Positions 1 through 14,870 of a stretch of 64,000 nucleotides of DNA are shown here, piece after piece; position 1 is the first letter of the stretch; every line of letters starts with the position of its first letter. Under the pieces are notes generated by a model, which was given only the letters and a program-made list of their open reading frames with translations, ran no database searches and was not told the DNA's origin. The position numbers and the translations under genes were made by a program. The stretch is from the human T2T-CHM13v2.0 reference genome, Homo sapiens, in assembly GCF_009914755.1 (NCBI RefSeq), contig NC_060931.1; one strand, given 5' to 3'.

Positions 1-640
1 TATATTATATAATCTTATTATATTATATAATCTTATCTTATATAATCTTATATTATTATATGCTCTTATATAATATAATCTTATTATATAATCTTATCTT
101 ATATAATATAATCTTATTATATAATATAATCTTATTATATAATATAATCTTATCTTATTATATAATATAATCTTATTATATAATATAATCTTATCTTATT
201 ATATAATATAATCTTATTATATAATATATTCTTATCTTATTATATAATCTTATCTTATTATATAATATAATCTTATCTTATTATATAATATAATCTTATC
301 TTATTATATAATATAATCTTATCTTATTATATAATATAATCTTATAATATAATCTTAACTTATTATATAATATAATCTTATTATATAATCTTATCTTATT
401 ATATAATATAATCTTATATTATTATATAATCTTATATTATTATATAATCTTATCTTATTATATAATGTTATATTATTATATAATCTTATCTTATTATATA
501 ATGTTATATTATTATATAATCTTATCTTATTATATAATCTTATATTATTATATAAGTATAATCTTTTATTATATTATTACATAATATATAAGTATAATCT
601 TATATTATTATATAATATTATTATTATACAATAATAATGT
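1..640. repeat. AT-rich minisatellite/VNTR (TATAATCTTAT-based units) in intron 6
   Basis: Continuous degenerate tandem copies of tataat/cttat modules, almost no G; runs off the window start. Confidence 0.95.
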
Positions 641-1925
641 AAACTGACTATTGCAGTTTACATGGTGAGTTTTATTTCTGCACAGATTAAACTTTCTATC
701 ATAGAGCTCTTCTTAAAAGATTCTGAATGACTACTCAATATGTAGGCAACTTATTTACATACTCAGATACCTTGCATGATGCAATTCTGTAATATAAACT
801 GATTTTGGTTTTTGAACCTCGTGTTACATTTCTAATCCACCAGACATACTTTTTATTCAAAGGTCTAATTGATTCTCATAGATTAAACTGGAATCCTGTA
901 GTGATTATTTTTGTAAGGTAAAAATGTTTGTGTGATTGGGATAATGATTCCAAATGTTTTGTTTTTCAAGTTTTAATTTTTGCATCTTGAGTTGAAAAGT
1001 ACACCTTTAATGAATAGACAATTCATCAAAATGTTATACCTAGCTCCTGAATTAATTAGGGTCATTCATCAGAAAACTGATTATGTAAAGGACCAAACAG
1101 CAATGATAACCTTCAAGCCTCTGGGATAGGTAGGGCTGTTTGCTCCTGTGCTAAATGCCCTAAGTTCTTGTTATCGTGTCTGCTGGTGGTAGTTATCCCA
1201 TTTTCTTTTTCACTCTGCTGTCCCTGGCATCATCTTGTTTCTGTCAGTGTACCTGCCTTTAGCAATTTTCAGTGACTCTGAAAACCAGACAAAGTGAATT
1301 TGTTAGTACTGGATTTCAAGAAAGAGCAAAAGTACCCTCTGAGAGAAAGTTCAAGAGTCTTCCTACAAGTTAAATGCCTGAACTCTAGTCCAAGTGTTTG
1401 GTGGGAGGTATTTTGCATGCATAATAGCTTCTCCCCCATTTCCTTACTCTTCTTGAATGTGTTCCAGAGAGCTGAGGTTGCTGGCAAAGTGACTCCTAGA
1501 TTACTTAAGGTTCATTAAGTACTTAAAGTTCATTAAGCTCATACATAATTGTCACCAGATTATCATTATAATTATTTTAAAAGTAGTTTATCTGTGAAAA
1601 TAAGTAAAATACATTTTATAAATGTTATAAACTATAAGATGCTCCATTATTTTATCTTCCTATAAAATATGTCTATAAAAAAGCTCATTTAAAGAAAAGT
1701 TACCTTCACTGTGAGATTGTCTCAAAGAAATGTCTCAAAGATACCTTCTTAAATCCTGCCTTCTACAGGACTGAAGTTAATATAACAAAGATATTAGTGT
1801 TCTTCCTTGGGATTCTTCCTTGCTAATTTCCTTGAAAACACCCTTGATTCCCAGAAGTCTCCTATTTACAAAACAAAACTAGTTTTTCTTGAATTGATTC
1901 ATCTGTCTACTTAAAGATTTTTTTT

Positions 1926-2226
1926 GGCCAGTTGTGGTAGCTCATGCCTGTAACCCCAACACTTTGAGAGGTTGGGCAGGAGGATTTCTTGAGGCCAGGA
2001 GTTCAAGACCAGTCTGGGCAACAAAGTGAGACACCATCCCCTGCCCCCACCTCCTCCCGCCCCAATCTCTACAAAAAATAAAATAGCCTATTTATTGTAC
2101 TCTCTACAATAAATAAAATAAATATAGATGCCTGCCTGTAGCTCCAGCTACTCTGGAGGGTGATGTGGAAGGATTGCTTGAGCTCAGGAGTTCGAGGCCA
2201 CTGTACTCCAGCCTGGGCAAGAGAGC

Positions 2227-2255
<29 letters not shown>
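1926..2255 (+). mobile_element. Old Alu (AluJ-like), internally rearranged
   Basis: ggccagttgtggtagctcatgcctgtaa start, right arm with a deletion, ~28-nt A tail. Confidence 0.9.
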
Positions 2256-2259
<4 letters not shown>

Positions 2260-2329
2260 TTATGTTATCTTAGTTCAAGTTTGAGAAATAAAATTAAGTA
2301 CCAAATTTATTCCCAAAAATGTATGCTTG

Positions 2330-2585
2330 TCAGGAGATATACCTAATGTTAAATGACGAGTTAATGGGTGCAGTACACCAACATGGCACACGTATACATA
2401 TGTAACAAACCTGCACGTTGTGCACATGTACCCTAAAACTTAAAGTATAATTTAAAAACAAAAAACAGAAAAAAACTACAGATTCAATTCAGCTTTAGGA
2501 ATTAAAAAAAAGATTTGATGTAATTATATCATTATAAAATCAAATTTTTTAAATAAAACATGAAATTGTTTTAATTTAAAAAAAA
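2330..2585 (+). mobile_element. 5'-truncated L1PA 3' end (~120 bp) with A-rich tail plus ~100 bp probable 3' transduction
   Basis: aggagatatacctaatgttaaatgacgag...ccctaaaacttaaagtataat matches the L1PA 3'UTR end; TSD aaaaa(t/a)gtatgcttg at 2315-2329 and 2580-2594. Confidence 0.88.
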
Positions 2586-3249
2586 GTATGCTTGGCCTAT
2601 ATGTCAATTCAATAGCTTTTCTTTGCCAGAAAGAATGAAGTCAGTCTACCTGTATCCACATATGAAGTATTTTAGGATTTTTTGTAATTTTTTGTTATTA
2701 TCTATATCATTCAGGTTTAGGAAAGAACTTTACCTAAAATACTGGCTAATTGTGCCCCAAAAAAAAGAAAGCTAGAAAGAAAGAACACACACACACACAC
2801 ATACACACATATACACACACAAAAAAAACAACCAACTGATCAACTGGGAGTTTCAGGTTTATCAGCCTGTAGTCTCAATGCTGTATGACTGTAGTAAAAA
2901 TCAGGCTACTTGATAGCACCTAGAAACCCATTTTAAAATATAAACTTGTAAAGCATTTCTGTAAGTAAAAGTTAGTATGTTTATAATGACATTTTTTCTT
3001 TTAAGACATCTTTATTATTATCATAAAAAATACAGAGAAGCAAAAATAAGAATGTAGAAATCACCCAGTTTTTCCTTTCCAAGTAAACAATCATAAAAAA
3101 CTTGGTGTATATATATATTGCAGCAATTGTATGTATGTAATGGTCTCTGTATCAACCAACACATTTTTATCATTTTACTGAAACTTTTGAGTGTTGTTTG
3201 ATGCTGATATCATGGTTTTTCATGTGGGAAGATTCATATGAGAATTGAT

Positions 3250-3287
3250 TGTGTGTGTGTGCGTGTGTGTGTGCTCGTGTGCGTGTA
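3250..3287. repeat. Imperfect (GT)n tract ~40 nt upstream of the exon 7 acceptor
   Basis: tgtgtgtgtgtgcgtgtgtgtgtgctcgtgtgcgtgt. Confidence 0.9.
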
Positions 3288-3324
3288 GCAGCAGGAAGTA
3301 TATAAAATTATTTTCTTTTTATAG

Positions 3325-3661
<337 letters not shown>

Positions 3662-4711
3662 TGAGTGTGGTGTTCCTCTTAGTACTAATACATTAAGTCA
3701 GTAAGTCAGTCTTTTTTATTTAAATAAAACCTTTTATTACAAGCTTCATTTCACTGATACTCCTTCAATAGTCCTATTTGTGTGTGATCTTGAAGAAACA
3801 ACCATAAGACAAACAGTATGTGTGTAGATAAACGTCAAGCCATTTGTTTAAAAGCAGCCCGTATATGCTCTTTTTTCTTCATTTTCTTAAAACATGGCAG
3901 AACATGTACGGTTAACACCAGAGTCCTGATTTAAACTTATACATAACATTATAATATAATATAAATAGAATCATTTCTCAGTAACATCTATTGCACTGTG
4001 AACAATCTGCTTAAGGAATCAGGGACGTCTGGCCTAAATTCTCTATCATTTAGTTTAATCAATTTTGGATAATAATTATATCCTCGTACCCATAAGTAAA
4101 ATGCATTATCTTCAAGGGAAGTTTTAGAAACATTTGGTAGTTTGGTGAATTAGAAGAGTAAAAGATCAAGGTCCTTCATTCATCTCTGTCACCTTCCAGT
4201 TTTGTGACCTGAGGAGATTCTCCTATATAAGACAAGGATAATGAAAACAGCCGAAGCCTCAACTCAAGCTTATTATGAAACACCAGTGAGATCTCTCATG
4301 AAATGAAGAGTAGTCAAGACACCCTACACCATAATTTTCTCATATGGGGTTACAAAGGAGGCCTAGACGTTTATTATATTTGTAACATACACTCATAACA
4401 TTTAAGACTAGACTTGCTGTTAATCAAGAAGTACTAGTTTTCCCTAAGACTAGAAGAGTTTGGTACCGGTGTTTCTACCAGGAAAGGGAGTGGAGGGGAG
4501 GGAAGGGCACGGAGCCACTGTTTGGTACCAGTGTTTGTTTTCCATGCTCTTAATAGAAACTTCCTCAGGCAAGCTTATTCCCAGAGCTTATTCTACAGGG
4601 AACTGCTGTATTCCCATTTGATGAATCTTATAATTTCCTCTAATATCTGTTCCAAACTATTTGAAAAAGCACAGCTGGCTACATGGGACTTAATTTGCAT
4701 GCTATCCATTA

Positions 4712-4886
4712 CAGTGTTTCTCAAACTTACCCTTTTGTAAGAATCACATGGGATCCTTTTTCACACAGATTCCTGGTTCCCACCCCAAACCTATTGAATC
4801 AGGCTTTCCAGAGGTGGGGCTCAGGAATTAATATTTTTCAAAAGTGCCTCAAGTGATTCTTGCCCTCAAGGAAACTGGAGAAACTC
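4712..4886. mobile_element. MER5-type hAT DNA transposon relic
   Basis: cagtgtttctcaaactt...gaatcac...gattcctgg...ggagaaact termini resemble the MER5A/B consensus. Confidence 0.65.
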
Positions 4887-5973
4887 TTTAAGAGAGGATC
4901 AACAAATCTAATCTAACAACTAGATAATTTCATTAGTTAGAAACAATTACAGAAAAAGATACTTTACAGATCTCTTTTGTCAGGCTTCCTAGGATGTATC
5001 AAGTTATAGGTGGTCCACAGAGCAGGCCCTGTCCCATCCATCCGTGTTCCATTAGTTGGTTTAGGGAACTCATTTCTTCTGCCCTAAATTATCCCTCCAG
5101 GTCCTCTGCAGAGCTTTCCTGTGCTCTCCTCCTGAGAACAGATTTCTAGCCTCTCGCCCTTGAGTTTAATGAAGCTGAATCCTTTGACAGACCACCTGGT
5201 CAGCTTGGTCAGCTAATTTAACCTGCCTGGCCCCAGGGACTTTAAGCTACTCCATGAGGGCAGTGACCCCATTGGTGTTGTTCAGCTCTGTCCCAGAGCA
5301 CAGAGCTCATCTCACAGTAAGCTCTCAGAAAACACTTGTTGAAGGAATAAAATACCCAAGCCTATGTCATTATAAACAAGCCACAACAAAGGCCTTGGTT
5401 ATCTGATCTCACTTGGTAGCACAGAAGCAATTCTGATGATATTAACAAACCTGAAAAAGAAAGGGAGTGGAGAGATTGGAAAAAAGCAAGCAGAGTTTTA
5501 AAGTGGCCCTGAGGTGAGCACAGTGAAAGGAAGAGGGACAGAGAGATTGTGATATGCCCCCTTTTGATCTCCTCCCTGCTTCAATCCTCCATTAAGGCTG
5601 CTGCTCGTAGTTCCCTTTATCCTATTGAGGGTCCATAAGTTAGGATCACTCCTAACCTAGGACCATACGTTAGGACCATAAGTTAGTCCCCAATAACAAT
5701 GCCCCATTGGACAGCCAAAAACAGTGGCTCCATGCCCTTCCCTCTACTCCCTTTCCTGGTAGAAACATACAACTTTTCCTTGTCCAGTCAACACCTAAGC
5801 GCCCCACTAGGATTCACTCATTCTCCCATCCTGGGTGCTTTCTTAACCAGCAGACACTATGAGGGCCAGTCATGTGCCTCTCTTCTCATGCAAGTGGTCC
5901 TTATCTGCAACTCGTAATCTGCCCAGTTCCTCACTCATCCTGCCCAGGCTTCTCTTTTACCTCTTCTGTTATA

Positions 5974-6888
<915 letters not shown>

Positions 6889-9168
6889 TGTTATAGACCC
6901 CTTTTGTCAGGTTTCCTAGGATGTATCAAGTTATAGGTGGCCCGCAGAACATGCCCTGTCCCATCAATCTGGGTTCCATTCATTGGTTTGGGGAACTCAG
7001 GCCTACTGTTGTTTTTAAAGTATGTGCTTTGCAGTTGTACTTGAAAGTGTGGCACAGGGGCAAAGCCAACAAAACCACAGGGTTTTTTTCCTGGCTGCTT
7101 TCTGAGGGCTACTCTTCTCCTCTAGCTGGAGTGGTGGTGCATTTGCCAAGTGTTCAGACCCAGTCTGAAGTACTCTGGTATTCTGTTTGGTATTCTGTTT
7201 ATGACGCTGGCCTGTCGTTTGTGGAATTTTGGGCCCTTCAGGGTTCACTTCTCCCGGTCTTCATCTTTTCAGATAAGTGTGTGTTCACATGCTCACTCCC
7301 TTGGGCTCTTCATAGTGTTGTCTTATGATCAGGCCTGACATGCTTGGCTGGGGCCAAACAGGCCCACTGAGCAAAAAATTTGGAGAGTTATATCCACAGA
7401 AGGAGGGCAAGGGCAAGGGCAAGGACAAAAGGCTTACTTACAGGTCATTAGAAGATATCCAGACGGGACTTCAATTGGTTTGGGGCAAATAATTGGCACA
7501 CTTAGGGTTCAGCAAGACAGCAGACATGAGTGGCAGGAGTATGACAGACTTAGATTCTCCCAATATATACCAAGAACCTACTATATGTGTAGACACTAAT
7601 TACTTACTTACACAAGTGATTCCTCATTGAATCATATGAGAAGAATATATAGTCCCCATTTGACAGCTGAGGAAACTGGGATGTGGTGGGTTTAAATAAC
7701 ATGCCTAAAGTCATTTGAGAGTGATTCTGGTCCTTTGACTTAAGTCTTTGCACTTTACACTTTGCACACCTGGATAATCAAGGATCAGGTCATATTTGGA
7801 GAACTAGGCAGCCAGGCAGGCAAAGTGCATTAGGCTGCTATCAAAACTAAGCTGTATGTGAAACTGGAAAGTTATCCTGACAAGTCCGAGTGACCTGAAG
7901 TAGGGTTGACTGGGTCTCAGGAGCAAGTCAGGAGCCTGTTTTGAGAAGTGTGGTCCCAAGTCACATCCCAACTAGCAGGTGATGTCATGCTGAGTCGCCC
8001 AACTGTTGGATCAGGGTTTCCAACATCCTGTCTGTCTACAGATGGGGTTCATTCCACAGTCTCATTGTGGGGTAGGATGGGATATAAGGAGAAAAGGAGT
8101 CTGAAAATTAACCTCACTGGTAGGGAGAGTAAGGCTACAAGGGCAGAGAACCAGACAGATCTTGTTAGGTAGGAAATCGTCTAATATCTAACATTTAGAC
8201 CTGGACCCACTAACTGACATCAAGCAAATCACTTCACGTTTCCAGGTCTAAGTTCCTTTATCAACAAGACAAGACAAGAGTGGTGGATTCAACAATACCT
8301 AGGATGCTTTCTCTATGGTTTTCTCTAAGAACCTTATTTCTATTTTATTTTTACCACTGTTCTCTAATTATAGGGGAAAATGTAGTTTCCTTATTAAAGA
8401 AACTTTAGGCATAAGTGATGTAGGTCGGGGAGACCTTTCATGGCTGGGGGCCTCTGGAATTATACCATATGGATAGTCATCAAGATATAGGTCCATCTCC
8501 CAAATTTTCATATTTGAGAGAACCTCGTGGTATAATGTGTAGGTTAATTTTTTTATATGGTTTGTAGGGTAGCTCTGGTTTTGTCAAACAGTAGTCATTG
8601 GACCCCACAATCACTGAGATATTTTAGTCACTATGGAGCGTTGTGATAATTACATTAATTTAATCTTTTTTGCCTTAAGAAGATTTTAAATGTCCTGGCT
8701 CTCAAAGGATTTTCCACTGAGCTCTTTTAGCTTCATACATTCTTTGTCTCTTTAACAGAGCTGATACCTCTTCAAACACAGTAAATCTCATATTATGGCT
8801 AGAATCTCTTTTAAATTCAAAGAACTTTAAGATGGAATTGTGGAAGGAGAAACACTAACATGTGAAATGGCATGGATGGGGCTGTATGATATTAAAGAAT
8901 CAGTAACAGCAGATTTATTCATGTGAGAGATAGAGAAGAGTCAGCATGGCTAGGCTCAAAAATAGAGGACAAAGAAATCAGCCAGTAAGATAACACCAAC
9001 TTCTGATTAAACATTATAAAAGCTGCTACTATCATGTATGTATTTCGTGTGCTTTTTGTTCTTTTGGATCAAGTACTTTCATGTCTAATATGTGACTGAG
9101 CAGATATAGCATTTGATGAGATGGGGAAAAAGGATGGTGGTCAAATCTTCACAGCATTTTTCACTTAA

Positions 9169-9345
<177 letters not shown>

Positions 9346-10250
9346 TGAACTGGTTTTATAGGGCTGGAAACAGGAAAAAAACATAAATGGAAAAGATTTT
9401 GGTGTCAGCTAAAGAAGGGGTTGGATTCTTTCACCAGACCTTATTGGGTTGGTTTTCCTCTTGTGTTTGCTAATTAGAAATTATTTTGGAATAGACACAC
9501 TGCATCACTTTGCTTTTTTAAGAAATAAGTTGAAATAACACTAATTTTAAAAGAGCTAATTCAGTCAGGTCATAAATAACATTCAAAGTGAACATATTAG
9601 GTCAGAAAGAGAATTCTTCATGTAACCCAGTACCTCTTGGCAATTATTTTTAACGGCAGTTATAATGTGACAAAACAGTGCAACAAACATTAATAATAGT
9701 TGTGACCACTTTAAATTGAGGTGGTTCACTGTGCAGTTAATATATACAGGCAATTTTTGTAGGCATGTGATACATTGCCAGGTAAGCTGATTTCACACTG
9801 CTTGCAAATTTGCAAGTTCTGTATCTATATGTTTCTGAAAATACAGTATAGCAATAACAGTAGTTAAATGGTTAGTAATCAAGCAGAATAACAGCACTGC
9901 TAGTCATAATATGCTTCATAGTGAATATTCAACCACAGAAAAACACTTTATGTGAGAGCTGCAGACATTCCATTCACTAGGCAGTGAAAAAGCTTAGCAA
10001 ATGATCAGGTGCTATTTCTTGTCAACTTTAAAAATTATCGAGAGCAATGAGACCTCTCTCAGATGGTATGGCGTCCAAACTCCTGATGTCGTACAAGGAC
10101 CCCAAGTACCTATCACGGTAAAAATTAAATTGGACCACCACGCAGAGTAGGCATGGGAGTTTTCATTCTTAATGTACTTCCTGAAATACTCAGCGAAGGT
10201 CTTGCAAAGATTCAATTTGTAGGATCGTTGTCATCCAGTCTCTTCCTTAG

Positions 10251-10382
<132 letters not shown>

Positions 10383-11233
10383 TGATATCCATCTCAGAGA
10401 ACAAGTCGAGGAATGGCAACAGAGGAAGGCTCGCACCGAGCTTAGCAGGACAATTTGCCTTTCAGACTTGTACTTCCTAATCTGATTCACCTCAGGCCTA
10501 TTCCTCTTGTTCCACTCCCTCACCTGAAATCTCTTAAAAAACAACATGTATGGTTTTCTGATACAGTGATTCTCAAATCTATTTGTCAGTGCTTACCTGT
10601 CATGTAGCTACACTTACCTGCTGTGGTCAATAACAACTGACAAGGAATCAGTAATGAAGGATGCTGATTTTTGTTAATTTGTTACCTGGGGAGACAGATG
10701 GCCTGGTAAAAGCGCTTCCTGGCTTTAGGAGCTATTCTATTTTCAGGAAAGTGAAAAGCTCTATTCACATTTCCTTTAGAAGGATCAGGAACTTCCTCCA
10801 GGGGCGTTTGGTCCCACAGAACAACAGTTTGCTAGCCAAGAATATTTTTGTTGTAACATTTTTGGCATTTCTTCCTGAGTAAGATTTATGTTGTTGAAGT
10901 TCTGCATGTGGGTTTAATCTTATCTTTTAAATGTGGTTTGCAGTTGTTGCCTTTACAAGGTGGCCAAAAAGCCAGCATCCTAGTTAATCTCTGGATAATC
11001 CCTCCTTCAGTGTTCAGAAAGCTCAGGAGCCATACTCAAAGGCCACTCTTTCCAGCAGGACACAGTCGAAGAGACCACACCAAGCAGATGGGCACAAGAG
11101 ACAGACTCAGGAATTTTGCTTCTGTCTCTTATGCCTTGAGGTCCTTATCTTCCCAACACAGAAAGAACTATTATTTAGGAGTAAGAAGTGCATTGAGACT
11201 CCAAAGAACAACAAACCCAAACTACATAGTGCA

Positions 11234-11234
<1 letters not shown>

Positions 11235-11272
<38 letters not shown>

Positions 11273-11288
11273 CACACACACATGCACA
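11235..11288. repeat. (CA)n microsatellite in intron 10 (probably linkage marker D7S2459)
   Basis: ~17 perfect CA units plus an imperfect extension. The marker name is from memory of an intron-10 STR and is unverified. Confidence 0.85.
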
Positions 11289-11333
11289 GTCTTCACAGTC
11301 TTCAAATGGGTTTTACTAAGGCGGGGACACTTA

Positions 11334-11708
<375 letters not shown>

Positions 11709-12499
11709 CGAGAATAACTGAAAAAACTAATGACTCCAACAGTGACTTGCCCAGGGAGGGCTTTAATTGTCCCCAATATGCATGTGATGCTCCTTTCCTA
11801 TTTATAATGGATCTTGTGACAGACTTGGAAGAATTGGCCTCTTCCAGTTTTTTGGCTGCTTTTCAACAAAAAATTTTATTTTCAGAATTTTTCTTAATTT
11901 TTTATTTTTTTTGCAAATATTTCCAGCTCTGAGGGAGCAGGTAAAATAATACAGCTCATATCCGGAGGCATAGCCAGAGATCTGTGGTCAAGGGGAAGAG
12001 GTCAGAGCCAATTTCCAAAGCTGTGCACATTTCAGGCTGCAGCTGTCAGCAGCAGGAACTTCTGCTGCTTTCATTTGAGACGGAGCACTGACAAGCTCTC
12101 CAGAGCACATGGTCTTCAGCGGGTGCAGGCAAATCTCAAACTGCTGATGTCCATTCTCCTGATGTTACCTCCAGGCTCAAATGAGGCATGGGCTGGCTGT
12201 CCCAGTAAGTATGCCCATGTAAAGTGACCTCCTTGGCACAGGGTTTGGGGGATAATGGTGCTCTGGTAAGCTAATACCCCCTGCCACATACTGGCATGTA
12301 TTATATTTAGGAATGAAGGATGCCAGGATTTCAGCATTAAAGAATGAAACGAGTAAAGAAATGGCTTCATGTTTAATTATTGAAATGTATACTAAATTCT
12401 GGGGTTAAAAGTCTAAGTGCCTGAACTGAAATCCAGGGACTGATGGACAAATAAACTGGCAGGGCTTCTCTTGTGTGGCTTCTCGTGTTTTCTCTTATG

Positions 12500-12725
12500 T
12501 TGGAACTTCAGTTTCAGCATCTACAAAATGGAAATGATAATTGCATCCATTTCACAGGGATATTGTGAGGATTAGGCAAGAAAATGTAAAGCCTTAGCAC
12601 ATACTTGTAAATGCTCATTGTTTCACTCCTTTAGGCAAGAATAGCATCTTAGCATCTATGATACATATATTGTGCCTGGCACATAAGAAGCACCTGGCAT
12701 ATATTTGCTGAATGAATGAATGGAA
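12500..12725. mobile_element. MIR and L2 3'-end fragments
   Basis: cttcagtttc..catct..aaaatgg...ttgtgaggatta (MIR core); gtgcctggcaca...tttgctgaatgaatgaat (L2 tail). Confidence 0.6.
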
Positions 12726-13214
12726 GAATGAGTATTGGTGGACACGAACTGTTTTTAGCACATCTACAGATTGTAGAAGAATTAAACATTGGAACCTTTT
12801 CTTTCCCTCACCCCCATCTGACTTCCACTGACTCACAGAAAAGTAATTCTGATTACAAACCACTCTTTAGCTCTGATTACCCCCTCCCTTAACAGAATAA
12901 TTTTTTAGTAACTGAATCTGGTTGTAGATATAAAGTCTACAGAGTTTCTCACAAACAAGCCTTATCAAGTAAGTAGAAATAATTGATCACTCACCAATTT
13001 TAATATAGTGGCCAAAATGAGCCTTGGCCTCCCATAATTGGAGACTCATTATGACATATAATTGGCAAGTAGGTGGCCACTCTCCTGGCATGAGTTTGGC
13101 AGCTGACTGTGGTCCTTGTCCCCAAATCTCCATATCTTTCTCCAGTTCACAGAGCTCCCCATCCACAGTGAGATGCAAGTGGCTCGGTAAATACTGGTTG
13201 AGTAATTGCATGCA

Positions 13215-13325
13215 AGGAAGGAAGGGAGGGATAAGGGAAGGAAAGAAAGAAGAAAATGGAAGGAAGGACAAGGGAGAGGAAGGGAAGGGATATGAAGGAA
13301 AGCGAAGAGAAGGGAGGGAAGTAGG
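13215..13325. repeat. GA-rich low-complexity tract
   Basis: ggaaggaagggaggg... near-pure purine. Confidence 0.8.
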
Positions 13326-14511
13326 ATATCAGCTTCTCTGCTTAGTCAGGAGAAGGGAAAGAGCACCAGGGTACTGGGAATCTAGGATGGGGATAGGAAG
13401 AGCATAGAAAAGCCAGCCAGACATACAAAGCACGCTTTTTAGTACCTCATACACATCATATTGCCTCAGGCTGACCCAACTATAATCTAAATATAAATGA
13501 TCAATTTGCCAGGTAGAGCAAGTGCTTTCTAATTTTCTGTTTATATTTGCTGTGTCTGTCTCCCGTAACTCAGACCTTTTGCACTAGACAGTACTTGTGC
13601 TCAACAAAATCTTCCCAGTTGTTTCCTCTCTGATTGCTTTGCTTGTAGTTCCCTGTCTCCTTTTCTTCTTTGTTTCAGAGCTTCTAATCTTCATCTTGGC
13701 TCTGCCCCAGCTGTCTCAACAGAGAATTCATTGGTCATCTAATCAAACGAGAGAGTAGTCCCCACCCCCTCAGCCTCTCTCCTAACTAGTATGGATCTTA
13801 GGAGAGCTATTTTTGCCAGCGAAGGTAAAGTTTCTGAAGCTTCCTTTTACCCCTGCTATTGCCCCGTTACTCCATAGTCACTGTTTCAGGCTGCCTTGGG
13901 GCAAAGCTCTGAGCCTGCCTCCGTGGAACTGTCAGAGGAGGCAGGAGACACAATCCCACCTCTCAATGTGCAAATGTGGCATTTCGAATTTGCAATAGGA
14001 TGAGTAAATTTATTTTCTCTGAGACTTTAATGAGACCATGTGCTACAAGTACGAAGTGTTATCAGAGTTGCTATTATAGCTGCAGCTTCAATAATGCAGA
14101 AAAATCAGCTATGTGCCATGAGAATTTATTTCCCAAGAATACGACAATGATCTCTGTTGTTGGGAAAGGGGGGATTGGTCCATGTTTCCTGCCATGGTAA
14201 ATAACTAGAAGCTTGGCCTGAATGGACGCCGAAACCGCAGGTGTGTACTATCACCAAATAAAATCCCTGTCAAACTGGCTTTAATTTCATAGGATCAGTC
14301 CCCATATTTTCTTTAACTTCTCTGCCATAGCATATATAGATGCCATTTTTGTTCAGTTTTGTGGCTTGAGCAAATAACTATCACTTTTCTCGACAGTATT
14401 GAGCAGAAGGGGGAGACAGGGAAGTATGAAGTGTGTCTGTGAACAGGCTGTCTCATACACACATCCAGTGAGCTGGAAGACACAAGGGAGAAGGACGAAT
14501 CCTTTTCATAG

Positions 14512-14610
<99 letters not shown>

Positions 14611-14720
14611 TAACCCTGCTTCTCTGCATACCGATTGCATAATTTCCCTTCACTACTCTGCTACCAGATAAATAACAGGAGATTTAACAATCATCACATG
14701 GAAAACCATTCCCTGAATAA

Positions 14721-14870
<150 letters not shown>

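Noticed and set aside
1502-1537. 18-bp tandem duplication (similar ones at ~7176-7200 and ~50334-50370)
   Set aside because: Ordinary slippage duplications with no functional cue.
9801-9816. Perfect 16-bp palindrome cttgcaaatttgcaag
   Set aside because: About one is expected by chance in 64 kb (4^-8 per position); no supporting context.
13791-13830. ATG...GAA G|gtaaag possible first exon in intron 10
   Set aside because: Phase 1 is out of frame with exon 11 and the donor is weaker than the 12205 candidate.
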